DNA from: Enoplolaimus lenunculus
Taxonomy: Eukaryota
Assembly (NCBI GenBank): GCA_030248215.1
Contig: JASANG010003494.1
Location: 372,001 to 436,000 of the forward strand
Length of the DNA stretch: 64,000 bases
Direction: 5' to 3'
The notes under the pieces are model-generated. The model worked only from the letters and a program-made list of their open reading frames with translations, did no database searches and had not been told where the DNA came from. The position numbers and the translations under genes were made by a program. Positions 50,256 through 64,000 of the stretch are shown piece after piece. Within the stretch, counting starts at the first letter, position 1, and every line of letters begins with the position of its first letter.

Positions 50256-53200
50256 TTGAATACAAAAACAATTTCTGACGGGGCCCCTCTGAATCCGCTA
50301 GTGCATGTAGTGTCAGTTACTTGATAGATAGCATTTCAAACTCACGTACGCTTGAACGCTAATACAGCAGCCCTCAAAATTTACACAGAAGTTGGGTTAT
50401 GCAAATTTAAAAAATGTGCTCAATTCCAAAAATCACCGTTTACAACACCTATTACCAACTTGAGCGATATTTTGAAATATCAAAATTACTGGATCAGCGT
50501 TGTGTTTACAGGCTCGTATTTAAGCTATCTTGGGTTCCTGTATAACCAATTTGGGTCGCAAAATTATTAGCACAAGAAATAATATCCCAACGCAAAATTA
50601 TGATGGATATTGCGGACGTTTCTGCAACGATAGAAAAGCATATTAAATTTTCAAAATCCTATGAATACATATTTCAAAATTCTATATGCGCTATTTATCA
50701 GTTAATCTGCGGCGACAAGATAACGTCCAAATAGTTCGTATTTGTCTTACGTTTTCATTCGGAGCGTGTATTTTGAAAGATTGACAATTTATCAGGATAA
50801 TACAATCGAAATATTGACGCTGGCGATGCCTAATGGCGAAGAATTTTTGAGTATTTACGCGAATATGACATGCTGCTGTAGTGACCGGAATAAGAGGAGG
50901 TCAGCGTTTTGAGTCCCGATCAATAGAAGTCTGTATCCCTAGTAAGAATCCTTTAGTGGATAGAGTCCATATATCCTACTTAGAGTCCATCTGTAAGATC
51001 AAAGCAGAAGAATGGCCACGATTGGTCAAATATGTAACAGACACGCACACAACCTGCATAAACATTATTAAATCTAGAAAAAATTAAAAGATTCAGCAGT
51101 CAACAAAAATACTTCGGAGCAAGTCAGTCCTGCCTGATCTAATATTAAAAAAGTGTTGGGTGCAGGTAATATAGGGATTAATTAAGATAACAGTTCGTAA
51201 CCGACTAACAAAAGTTATCCACTGGAGAGGCAAAATAAATATCAGTTCCTTCTCTTATTCGAGTCACTACAGTAAGCTGACTATTGAAACGTCGTTTAAG
51301 TAACCATTTCGTACAACACAGTTCTAATCTCAACAATCTCTCCCCTGTCCAGGATTGTAAAGAAAGTTCTTGGAGGATTATAGCCCGTCAAAAACTGGTG
51401 TTTCTGGTTTAGTCTGAAATTTTATACCATTCAGCGACGCGCGCTCTCACAACAGCCCACAACACATTCGGCCGGCAGTCTCAATTTGTCATAAATTAAT
51501 TTTTTCAAAGACTGAATCTTCTGATATATGAGCATGTGCTACGAAGCTTTGCAACAAACGAGTTCAATGGTCTTTTCAAAGGCTTGACTAACCTGCCTGA
51601 GTAATCAAGGTCAAAAACATCATCGCTCGTTTGTAAAGCTTTGTCCGTTTCGCAAACTCCTTTGAAAGTTAATTTCTGTTCACCGAAAGAGCTGTCGGCC
51701 GAATGAGAGTAAACCGTTTAAGCGAAGCCGGTGAGACTAAACTGGTTAAACGAAACCGGATTTTGACCCGATTTAGCTAAGGAACCAAAACAATATCCAA
51801 ACTGCAGATATGCAATACTTATTTGACAACTGCGATTTTTGAGGCTTAAATTACAAATTGTGTTTTTTTTCTTCACAAGAGTTGTGCCGTATAATTTTGG
51901 CAATTATTTGGCAAACTATATACATTTGAACACAAACACTTTGTATATTTCGAAGAATTAAAAAGGCGTTCGTGGCGTGCAAAGTTTGAGGGAATATTGT
52001 ACCATCTTCATCGTATAGGACCAATTTTTGCCATATTTATCTCTTATCAGTCAAGCGCAACAGAAACTTTGCTTTCAAAATCGTTCCCGAGGTACAGATC
52101 GGGGTGTGTGGATGGAATGAGAGAGGGGGCTCGAGGGTAGGCTTTCTTTTTGAAAGCTGAACAGCACAAATTCGGAACATAGCAAACGTGGCACTGGAAT
52201 AAATGTATATAATTGAGGATGTACGAACAAAATATACCTTCTTCACCAGTTTGGTGTCGTTATAGGCGAGGAAAAAACCACCGCGCCAGGCTCGGAATTA
52301 AGCCGGGTACGTTTTGATTTGTTTGTTAGAAGCATAGATCTTTTAAAGTGTAAACGGTGATTTTTGGACCCAAAACTTTATCATCGTTTAAACCTCGTAT
52401 AATGCCCACTTTTGTTAATGGGAGGTGCGGTGGATTTTGGTTTTTATTTTGGCAAAAGTTTTATATTCACCTAAAGCGGCCGTTTAAGCTGACAATTTAT
52501 ATAAATATGTTTGGGTATTATCATTTTATCAAAAGTGAACCGATATCTTTTAGGTTTAATGTTCGCTGTGCCACCGTTCCCTGGTTTTAAGGCACCAGTT
52601 TTGGTTTACTAAAATACGATGATGGGCTTAACAGTTTTGCTACCTGACACAAGATTCGGTGGTACAAACGTATCTGTTTTAAGCAACGAATTATAGCCAA
52701 AATATATACATTTTATTGTATGGGGGGTATTTTTTGGCCAAAATAACACGTGCGCTTTGTAAAATCAATCAGTTATCAACACTGCTTGTAAACTGTTTCG
52801 GCACACTATAAAATCCGAACCGTTTCAACGAGCAATTAATTTCGCATTTAGTGAATAACTTTTGTGATTTTGGAACAACCAAACTTTGTTATTCGCTTAA
52901 TTCCACATTAAGATCGCTGTGTTCGCTAGAACGGCGTTCAGTTCACAATCTCGCTAACAGCTTTTTAACGGCTGATTTAGCGTAGAATGATTTACTAGAG
53001 ATAGCAGTTAATGTATAGAGCAGGGCAGAACAGTAGGTATAAGCATATTCCTAAGCCTAAGTCTAAGCCTAGGTGTAAGTATGAGATAACACCCAAACGT
53101 AAACAAAATATTGGGCTAAAAGCTTAAGCTTTACTCTATCGCAGTTCGGCAGAAAAACGTTCCGCAATACTAATCTTGATATGGGCTGAGGTATAATGTG

Positions 53201-54629
53201 AAAATTTTGAACATATTTGCATAAGCATACAGATATAGCCTGGTTGAGCAAATATATTAGTTCTCATGTGGAATTATTTTTCAATTCTAAACTTTTAGGC
53301 AATTTGGCTAAATCCGAAAAAATTATAGCGAATGTTATGGATTTTTAGCCAAAACCGGGAACAGTAAGTAGTCTCTCATATAATATACTATAACCAATAG
53401 TCGATAATCGCTATTTAACAAAAGTGTGCAACGGGACACATTCTGTGCTGAAAAAGTGTACCCATCACGCGTTGCGTTTTTGGCCTGCATCCCATTATTT
53501 AGAGGGGGGTACGCGGAGCCAACCATGGTACTTTATATATGCGGCGTCAAACATGCTCCCCTAACAGTTTAACTTAGGGTTATTGCATGTGACAGCGACC
53601 CCCCTCTAAACAAGTGGTGGGTCGGCCAAAAACGCATCGCCCGGTGGTATATTTCGTACCATGCGAGACCCCAGGAATTGCACACTCTTGTCATTATCCG
53701 CTCTTGCTATAACCGGCCAATGTTACTTTAAGGGGCGCAACAGATTAAGCGTATTCCTAAACCTAAGCCTAAACGTAAGAATGAGTACATTCCTAAGCCT
53801 AAAGCCTAATCAAAAAAATGTAATCTACAATCTAAACCTACTCTTTTATAGACCCACGAGAAACCGGGACGACACTTAAAATAACATGGGCCCTATAACC
53901 AATGTATCAACTGCGCAAATATCTGTAGATCTTTAATGCAGCGGATTGAATTAAATTTAATCAAAATGCAACAATATTTTAAGTTCAACCGACAGCGCCT
54001 GTGTTGATTGTTGTATTGAAATGTCAAGGTTGCAGCGATAAATTTTACCGGTTCAGCAAAAGATGTAACTTAAAATACGGTTCAGCCGATTTTGGTTATC
54101 TCTTTAAATATATTTTAGCCAGCCACAATTTTTAGGAGCCATCGTTAAAGAATTTGGCTGAAAAAAGAAATATTCAGATGCTCATATTGAAACAATGCGT
54201 GTGATTAGTGTATTTTATATTCTATTTGACCCAAAGCTGACGTTACGAATCGTCGTTCCCCTCTCGAAAAAAATCAGAGGGATCCGCCAATGGAATGTTC
54301 CACGGCTCTATAAACTTCGTGGTCCACGAAAAAATTTCAGTTTGCAAAGATGACACCCCCAACGGGCGGGGTCATGTGTAATTGAGAAGCTTAGGCGACG
54401 TTTCCGCCGACACTGTGTTTACCGCTATTTTGAAACTTGTATGAATAATTGACCTCTTTTCTTACTCCAGAGGTCTTAGAACTGATATATCCGCTTCGTT
54501 CATATCTTTGTATTAACCGCTCGTGTTAACAAGCTAATGAAATCACAGAAATTTTGGCGTTTTATTACATACGTTTATATTTGTCGTTTCTGTATAACAG
54601 AACAACTGTTTCTAGGCTTGAGTTGCACT

Positions 54630-55112
54630 GTAAACGAAAGGCTGGGCGGTGTCTTTGAAAAGATTTAAATTTTATCTTAAGCCGAAGATTGGGCCAGTTG
54701 TTAAGCTTCGTATATCTTCTGGGGCGGCGCAGCTGTTGTAACGGTCACAAATTTGACCCCTTGAGCTTAAATTTGTGATCAACTTGGTTGTGGGGTTGTG
54801 AGATTTTGAAAATGCGCTACAACCAAGCCAATGAAAGTTGTTCTGCGTTGTGTTAACCGGTCAGCTGTATTCAACAATTTCAACCTGGAACCAATCAGAA
54901 TCGTTTGTAGAGATTTCTGACGTTGTAAACGTTTGTCGCTATTCTTAGAAGTTATTTTGGTTGGTCAATCAAAAATGTTTCCATCCAATGATTTCTGATA
55001 TTAATTGGACATCGAATTTGGTATTTTTTAAATTTGAGTTTGACTTCTCTGGTTTATTATTTACGTTTCGTTCAGAAACGATGCCTGATTAAATAAACTG
55101 AATCAGGTAAGA
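54630..55112 (+). promoter_or_regulatory. Candidate CCAAT-rich promoter with downstream splice donor
   Basis: Two GGGCGG boxes (~54634, ~54722), five CCAAT/ATTGG motifs between ~54688 and ~55008, then CAG|GTAAGA at ~55106. Confidence 0.35.
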
Positions 55113-57055
55113 ACATTCAAGTTAAGTCGGTTTACTTTTGTATTTTCAAACCCAGCGGGGATGGAAGTCTCGGTCTCGGCAAGTCTCAGTATTCGGCAGG
55201 ACTCTGTTTTGCATTGAGTCTCGGTGGTTTGGAACTGAGATCAGAAGTCAGAGATTCGGTAACGGTATTACTTATATTGTTGAAGTAACTGATGGCTGAT
55301 GAATAAAATTTCTGTGAAATTTCATATTAACGCAATAATTGCCAATATCATTAGAAATAATTTATTTTGAAAATTTTAAGTTACTCGGTGTTGACCAAAA
55401 ATTGACAAAAGCCGAAACTTTTCTTCGCCAGTCTCGGTAGTCAGATCCCGGTTTTAACCGAGACCGCCCGTCTCTGATGCTCAGCTGCTACAATTACCAA
55501 CTTTGCTGTAGACATGCTTTATACAATTCCGAAATAGAAATTTAATTCTATATCAAATTCATATGTTTATTATATTTTGAGTAATATATTGGTCAAAATG
55601 TTCGTAAATTTAAAATAGCTACTCAATGTGATACTTTAGTCTGCGTCTAATTTGAAATAAGGCCATTTCGTTCTAGAAGATAACACGAGCCTCTGTAAGG
55701 TCAATCGGGGTATACAAACGGGAACCTACTGACAAAATTGTTATCCTGCCGTTACTGCAATTATTTGCAACTTTAAGCATATTTACCCGTGTACAAACTA
55801 AACTTAGAGAACACTGGAATATTAATCTGCGTTGTCTTTCACAACGTCTGCCAGCGGCCATCTACGATAACCCATATAGTCCGCGGTCTGCAAACGCTAA
55901 AATAATTATAGTAATAACCAAAATTTGTCTCATTCCGTTATGAAAAGATTAATACTTTTACATATTAATACTAAAATATATATTTCATGCGACAAAGACG
56001 GGAGCGCTTAGAACTCGGGCCCGTATGAAAGGGTGGGGACTGAGGCCCCCTGGAAAACTTTTGACCGCCCCTAAAAAATTGTCAACCTTGCTTGTAACTC
56101 ATTAAAAACTCCTGAATGCCCTCCTGAAAAAAACTGCAACGCCCTCTAGCAAGGTGAGCTGGCTACAGGCCTGTTGTACTCCGATTGAAATTTAGATAGT
56201 AAAGATTTTCGCATACAATCTCACACTAACTTCGTCCCGTCTTATATAATTTGAGCAACAAATACCCCGACGTATAGTTTTCCACTCGACGCTCTGAAAT
56301 GTCCGTTAAAATTGAATTTATTTTGCTTCTTTCGCTAAAATTATTTCGTCGAACACCAATGGTCGTTTACTCGCTGCCCCTGAAACGATTGAATAAATTT
56401 TTGACACTTGCGGGTAGCGGCAACTGCTTATTGACCGTATATATATCTATTCTCAAAATATTATATATACTTATAGAATAAAATTTCATGACTTATATAA
56501 TATGTAACTAACGGTATTTGTCTGTATAACGGGTCTTAGACATATAACGTCTTAGCTGTAATTGAATTGGGGCTTCAAGTCTACAGTCGAATTGCCCAAA
56601 TCAATTTTTGCGAACAGAATTCTCCGCAAGTCCGGCTGTTAGGGATTACGGATATTTAGACCAATTCTCCAGTGTATCCCGTAGAAAAACGTTTTAGTCC
56701 CCAAAGAAAACTGAAAATATCCCGTGGTTTGGTGTGTTTTCAACTGCAGAATATAATAATTTTTGTTGCATATGTTATTTTCAAGTATAACAGTTTGCAA
56801 TCTTAAACGTAGGGAACGTTTGTCAGCGTTTTATGCTGTGTAGACGTGGTTTCATTGCAAAATTTTATACTTAAACATTCTACGCAAGGATACGTCGCAT
56901 AACTGCGAAACTTGATTCGTTTCACTTTAACTCTGAAGACAGCAATTTTTGTAACGGTTTTCTAGGCATCTTTATTTATGCAGAAAGTATTAATTTAGCT
57001 ACATTAGCTGGCAAAACACTAATACATATTGGTATTCAAAAAAATGGCCCACGTT

Positions 57056-57470
57056 ACTGTTGTGACCCGAATAAGAGGGGGGGGCGACTGATATTTATTT
57101 GGATTCTCCAGATGGTAACCCCCTGTTGTTGGGTTACGGACTGTTATTTATTTTTAACCCACCCTCTGCCGTTCTTCGTTACTGATATGTATGCAGTATC
57201 ACAAATATCCGTTGAATTAAACGTTTATTTGTCTTGTGTGAATAGCTTGAGCGATAATGTCAGGTTAAAAACTAAAGTACGCTTTAAAGTTTCGGACACA
57301 ACTTTATTTGGTCCTGGAGTCATTTATGTGCTAATAATGGAATAATTGGCATTTATGTACTTAATTAGGTTTAGGGACTCTATCTGCTTACGGACTCTTA
57401 TTAGGGATACGGATTCTTATTGATTGCGACTCAAAATGGGAACACTCCTCTCATTCGGGTCACTACAGTA
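57056..57470. mobile_element. TIR MITE (second copy ~35285-35727)
   Basis: TACTGTTGTGACCCGAAT / ATTCGGGTCACTACAGTA; internal homology to 35285-35727 (TTTGGTCCTGGAGTCATTTAT, GGGACTCTATC). Confidence 0.8.
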
Positions 57471-58770
57471 ATTATAGCTCCCTGTCCGCTTAGAATCAGG
57501 TAAACTGGGTGACTTTTTAAACATGATTTTAAACAAAAAAAGTTGAAAAAAATTTTCGATCATCGTAAGGGGTTGCCACCCCGAAATTTTGAGGGCCCCC
57601 ATCTTAGCCTGCTCCGGTATTGGGTTCAGGGAGTAGGTGGGCGTTGAAGATATACTATGATCACAAGTTTTCGGTATGGTTGTTTGCAAATATTTTCAAT
57701 TATTGTATATGCACATATACAACAATGGGACTTATATGCGGCCTGTGTATTGTATATGCTGTATAGCAGGATTCCAACAGCAACTAACATTTGCAGGAAC
57801 CGGATCAAGAACAGGAACCGGAATTTGTAATAATATTTATCCCCGAATTGATGTTGGACTTTTTAGCAACCTTGTCAAAAATGGCTTACGCAGATTTTCA
57901 ACGACTTCAACATCAAGCTTTGCGAACACAAACCAGACGCAGTTTATTAACAGATCAAAAGTAAATTGCACCCGCAACCATTTCGAAATAACAATTTTTA
58001 AAAGACAAAGTTTTCCATACTCAAATGATTAGTAATAATTTGTCACAAAACCGTAAAAATTGCGATTCCTGCATCTTTGAATGCAAGAACAGGAACATGA
58101 ATTGAGTTTATCCTGGATGTCCGGTTGAACCCTGCCGCATAGTTTGGTATTACTACTCGTGAAACCTTTTGATTTTTCACCTCCGACTGTACCCTGGTAA
58201 TGCGATTGCATTTTGCATGTCAGTCAGGTTTTTGTTGTGAACTATTGTCTGAATATTTCCTGCTGTTTTCGCAACGCACTAAATATTGCGTGAAAGTCAT
58301 CATGGGCTTCTCTGACGTGGTTCAAGGTAATATTTTTTATCATTTTTCGCAAAATGCAAGCTTTACAACAGTTCAACCGTTTGGCTTTAACTTAGCACGG
58401 GCCTGACCGCTTCAATGTTATTATATTCATCGAGCCTGTGTTTTGGGCCCATGTATAGAACAGGGCCGGGACAGTGGTAATAAGCATATTCTTAAGCCTA
58501 AGCCTAAGTGTAAAGATGAGCCTATTTCTAAGCCTAAGCCTAAGGCTAAGCAAAACAGCTAGCCGACAGCTTAACTTGACACTATTACAGCCCTACAGGA
58601 AAACGTTTCGGCCCTGTTCTATACATGGGCCAATTTTTGTATAGTTGAGTTTTCTATATCCTTTCCTGGTCATTTCACATCAAAATCCGTGAAGTCCTAA
58701 GGATCCACATGTTGAAAATAACAAAAATTGCCAAAAGGATCGACAAATTATATATACCAATGTACGTACC

Positions 58771-58807
<37 letters not shown>

Positions 58808-61635
58808 AAATATATATATGCATACGGAGGTCATGAATGTTTGGCTAGAAATATTTGCTCAAAATGGTAGGGAAATTTTTTGAGGCAGAAACATGAGTCT
58901 AAACATAAACCTCAAGCGTATACGGAGCATTCCCTCAAGTAAACCGTTCGTCGTGTGCTGCGACTATAGACCAGCCTCCCTTTTTGCGCATCAAGAAAGG
59001 GGGTCCAGTGAGAAGATGAGCACCCCCAAATCAAAATATTTCGTTGCGTCGTAGGCATGCTCATGTTGAATATTCGTTAGCAATCAGTTGTATGTTATGA
59101 GCCTATGCTGTTTACCGCTTTCAGAGCCATACCCATTAGTCTAAGTTTCTGGATACGCCACTGTATTAAGCAGCTCGATGCTGTTTTACTTTCAGATTAC
59201 GACAATTTATTAAAATTTAGTCCATTTCAAATTTATTTACATTTTTTCGACTATAAAATATCGACCTTTTCGGTTGACATAAACGATGCTAAAATAACAA
59301 ACATAAATTGACAAGAATTATAATATACTATCAAATAGCCCAAGTGGTTGTTTTGATCTCTAGCCGTTAACTCCATATAGTTTTCATTTGTCTTATTTTT
59401 TTGAAAAAATTGTCTTATTTTTTGAAAAAAGATTATATTAAATTGTTTATTTTGTATTTTATTTTTGTCAAATTTAAAATGTCTCAAGCCGCAAAAATGC
59501 GACCATTATTTTAAGATTTGTAATAATAATAATAATAATAATAATACAAAATACCGTAATCTCGTTTTAAATCGTCAAACATGACGTTGAAAACAGACAA
59601 AGTAAAAATTGATGGCGTTCCGCTAGTCGGAATTGAAACAAACCCGAGCATTGCCGGATCAGAACGGGAGCATCCAGGCAATTTCTCGCCGAATAGATCA
59701 TCAAAACCAAAATTTTGTATTAAGATTTAGTGCTAAAAATATTACTGGTTTCTGTCTCTCTCGTGAGCTGTTTTTACTATATATTGCTTCGTTTGTCCTA
59801 CACCGTCAGAAATTTGTGAATACACATACTGCAAAAAAATGCTGAGTCAAATTGACTCTCTCCGAAATACGCTTTTTCGAACTACACAAACTGAGTCAAA
59901 TTCGACTCCGCCAGAGTCACACGGGCGACTCAGCGAATTTGACAGTGGCAAAGTCAAATTTTGATTCAAATTGTATACTCTCGAAAAGCCTAATTCGGAG
60001 AGAGTTAATTTGACTAACCATTTTTCGCAGTGCAGCAGAAGCTAAACCCAGCAGCTAGCGGAGAGCTTGCTTACATTTCAATTGTGCATGCCACGATAGC
60101 TTAACCAAGGGAACATGCGAAAGTATACTTACAAATTTTAAGCTACATTATATGGAATATGACCCTAACTTTGCCGTTGAAATTGGCCTATTTTCACGTT
60201 ATATTTGTGTCAGAAATTTCTAGATCCACGAACATTTCAGACTAAACTGTAAAGCATATGAGATAGACTCGCTGTACCCCCCCACGTATATTTTCTCCTA
60301 AATACTCATTATTCTTTTACTCCATGTGTATGTTTGAAAATCAGCATTCAATATCCGTGACCTGATACTTAAATGTAACAACGTTCTCGAACGCCGATCG
60401 GAAACCGATTTATGAAACGGGAAAGTCGCATTCATGAATACAGTTTTAAAGAAAACAAAATTTTAAGACAATTTATTTTATATTTTTCGCTTGTTATTAA
60501 AATAAATATGTATTAAGAGTATTTTTTTTCTCTGTCATTTACAGACGGCAGGATAGTTTTAGGCCGAACAAAAGTTTATTTAAACTGAATATTTGAGACG
60601 TAAAAAAATTTCGTGTTTTTCTGATAGCTTTTAGATTTTAAGATATCGACATATTTGCATCAATTATTATACCCCGGCAAACGAGGGTCTGTAATGACCT
60701 CGAGAAATATTATATACGCGAATGCGTTTTTAATTCTAAGCCATTTTTGTTGTATTTAATGCAGATTTTGTAGGGTTAATGTTGCTTATCAATAGATTTG
60801 ACGAAATAATATTAATCGTTTTCGTTTTACGTAAACACAAAATACTATTTGGCGGATCTAGAAAATTGTTATGAGGGGCGTGCGAGTATATAATGGTGAA
60901 AAAAGCTTGCGACCGAGACGCTGCCAGACGCAATTTTATATAAATCTTCATACAAAATGTTGATTTCAATCTCTGTTGGAGAACCATGCCAACGGCATGG
61001 ATTGTAGTCTTCTTGGATCCGACAGTGACAAATATATTTAGCTTTGGTAGCTTTTATGCCCAGCGCTAGTCATATATTAGCTCGTATTCTCAAATGTGTG
61101 TAGCACGCATCACCAGTTGACGACAGGTCGTGTAACTTTGGAAAATGGGCAGGATATGGTTCGAAGTTTAGCGCATCGTTCACAGTTTGATTAGGCGTAG
61201 TTCTGCAACATTTTTGAGCTCTGCTATTACAGATGTGCGACAGTTTGAAAACCTATCACTTACTGACGATCAATACTATACGTCATTGAGAATATATGGA
61301 GTCTTTGGATCTAATTTCAATTCCAGTCCATAAAAGATTTTTTGAATTTTTTTATTTTAAATGTGCAAATCCATAAGTTGAAATCGATAAGCTATACATT
61401 AATCCCACATGCAGTTGGTAGTAGGTAAGTCAACTCTGTGTTTATCTCAAAACTCATTGAAGTTTATTTTGAGCAAAACAATTTATTTAATTTAAAAAAT
61501 GTAAGGTTTTGCCAATTTATGACGTTTTTCAATGAAACTTAGACCAACGCGCACCTTGTTTTCGCTTACTACTTCGGTTTTTTGACCTTGATAACGGCCG
61601 GATATATTGTGCTTTACCATACACATATGTATATA

Positions 61636-61992
61636 TTCTGTGTAAAAGCTTAAACTAACTTGATTTAAACTTAAGGTAATCCAGCAGTATTAAGCTAAGT
61701 TTCACGATTAACTAAACTAACAGGTAGGTTTACGCTGAAACTCATTTAAAACCTTACATATTTTCAGTTTAAGGTAAACTTAATGAACTCTTAGATACAC
61801 ATAATTTTTGGGCTGCACTTGTCACGTAAACTAAAAATCAGTTTACTTAAACTTGTGTTAAACTTAAAAACATGTTAGTTTAAGTGAAGCTTAAAATTCT
61901 ACTTTAGTTAGTCCGTCCAGCAATTTAAGTTTTGCTTAAACTAATAGCCAAGTTTAGTTCAGCTATAATTTAAGTTTAAGTTTTTACAGAGT
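61636..61992. mobile_element. AT-rich TIR element with TTAAAC/GTTTAA subterminal repeats
   Basis: CTGTGTAAAAGCTTAAACT ... AGTTTAAGTTTTTTACAGAG approximate inverted termini. Confidence 0.55.
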
Positions 61993-64000
61993 ATAGTATA
62001 TAAATAGCTAGCTGTGTAGCTATGGCAAGACCTGATTCCTTCGCAAATTCCTGAATACTTTTACAAACTGTAGTAGTAGTAGTAGTAGTATATTAACATT
62101 CAAACGCAAAAAATAAATTTTGGCTCGATTTGCTGGCTTGCGAAGATATATACGAATTTTATAATCTCCAATAATAAAAATCCTGGGTCCTTACTGGTGG
62201 TCCGTAATCGAATTTTGTGCCCCCGGTGGCGTTCGTTGTGTACTTTCAAAGCCTTTTAATATATTTTATCAAAATTGAAACGCAACATTTTTCCACTCCA
62301 TTCTTTAATTTATGTTGCTATTTTTAATGACGGAAATAAACGACAGACTAAATACTGATCTGACTATGAGTGTGACAACGGTAAAATTCGACCTACTCAT
62401 TGCCAGCAGCAAACCGACACTAGCGTATTATTGAATAATCGTAAGCGATGTACCAATTTTAATAACCAGGGTCGCGTTTTTTACCGGTGATATCCCCCCT
62501 CAATATTCAGAAGTCTCGCTGAGCATCTTTGAAGATCGGATAGACTGACAAAACAAACTTTACATTTTACGGAAAATGGCTTTCATTCAAGTTTACTTTT
62601 ACGCTTTTCTAAATCGATTCAACTGTTTAAACGGCTTTATTATTGAGAAAAAAAACGCTGTTGCCGAGACTTTGTGTCTATTTTTTGTTATTCTTTCATA
62701 GAGAAAAATCAGTTTTGACAAAATAGACTCAAACGATAACCAGGGACACTCGGATGCGAATACAAGAGACAGCCAGTAACGCTATGGTCCACCCAACAGC
62801 AACCAGACGCCAAATTGTTTTCAATTATGATTTAGAGCTAAAATTTGCGTTTGACCTTCGTTAATTGCTTTCTACTATTATATATCGAGCGGCGACCCGT
62901 TCCCGATCAAAGGGACCAAGACCAACGGTAGCAGTCACACAGATCAACTCGAACAATGGACGGATTTTGGACTAGTAAACGTCAAATTAATAGTCCGCCG
63001 TGTCGTGTTTTTTTTCGCTGCTCAACGCAAAAGTTTTCAATATTTAAAAATGAAAACATTTTTAAACTTTTAGTTATATTTAACAAACGAAAGCGGAATA
63101 CAAAACAAAATATCTGATACGAATAATAGTTTTGTTAATATCCTGACGGAAATGAACTAAGATGGAAACTTTATTTCCGTCCAAGCCGAGGTATATACAA
63201 CACATTTTTTATACAAATCTTTGTTACACTTTTTGGGATTAGTTGATGTATTTGAACGGTATCTGCTCGTATTTAATCGTTAAACACACCCAGTTGCCGA
63301 ATACAACTGATTAATCTGAGATTAACCGTTCTTCAGATCTCCTCAACGCAAACTTTAAACAAGTGAAATGTGGCGATTTGTCTCATGTTTTAAAGTTTAC
63401 CATTTCAATACAGATAATATTTTGTAAATATATTTAAGAAATCGGTCAGAATACCGATTTTCGCAGTATAAATATGTCAATTGCGATCACGAACCAATAA
63501 CCTAACAGGGCCCTGCGCCTTCATAGACATTGAAATTTCTGTTAATCACTTACTGATGAGATTTGTATGTGGGTGGTTCTCAAATCAAATTTGACGTATT
63601 TTATGTCAGTTTTTACTATCACCAACAGTGCATGATACAAGAGTGTGCAATTCTTGCGGTTCCGTAGGGAACAAAATGTACCACCGCGTGTTGCGTTTTT
63701 GATCAACCCTGCCCCGTGTTGAGAGGGGGGTCGCTATCACATGAATACCCCTAAATTAAACTATAACGAGAGCAAGTTTGACGACGCAGACATAAAGTGT
63801 CATGGTTCGCGCCGGTAGTACCCCATTTCTAAACAAAGCGGGGTAGGGCAAAAACGCAACGCGTGCCGGGTACATTCATTCCTACACTGAATGTGCCCAG
63901 TTGCACACTGTGGGTTAAATAGCAATTATCTACTCTTGCTATCATTGAGGCACAAATATGAAAGTAATCCGGCAAATCGTGTCAATTTTGCTTTAAATTA

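Noticed and set aside
63553..63592. Hammerhead-like CTGATGA-GATTTG...CAAATC
   Set aside because: The required GAAA after stem II is absent (reads AAAT) and stems I/III were not found.
28450..64000. Numerous 60-140 aa ORFs in the track
   Set aside because: Mostly overlap MITEs or low-complexity DNA, many begin at non-ATG codons, and none shows a recognisable protein motif.

Overview
Eukaryotic, AT-rich, intron-rich animal DNA. TTAGGC hexamer runs suggest a nematode (inference). The left half holds four coding units that I reconstructed by hand. (1) Acylglycerol kinase (AGK), 14 coding exons, minus strand, 6904-19249. (2) A head-to-head PICOT/glutaredoxin-3 (GLRX3), 10 exons, plus strand, 22558-28447, apparently with a GC-AG intron. 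(3) A ~1.5-kb uninterrupted minus-strand ORF (3010-4527) for a divergent TPT/SLC35E-like multi-pass transporter. (4) A 519-codon minus-strand open frame (<1-1558), missed by the ORF track because it runs off the window edge. It has a type-II membrane anchor and weak motif similarity to polysaccharide pyruvyltransferases. Units 3 and 4 may form a fused or linked transporter-plus-transferase module, which is the most interesting lead. AGK intron 1 carries a decayed Sola-like transposase, a decayed CR1-clade LINE and a tRNA-containing tandem element. From ~28.5 kb to the end I see no confidently recognisable coding exons. That stretch is a dense, often nested mosaic of MITE families (including a piggyBac-like one carrying a tRNA-derived cassette), satellites and two promoter-like patches. 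All protein family calls rest on by-eye motif recognition; no searches were run.
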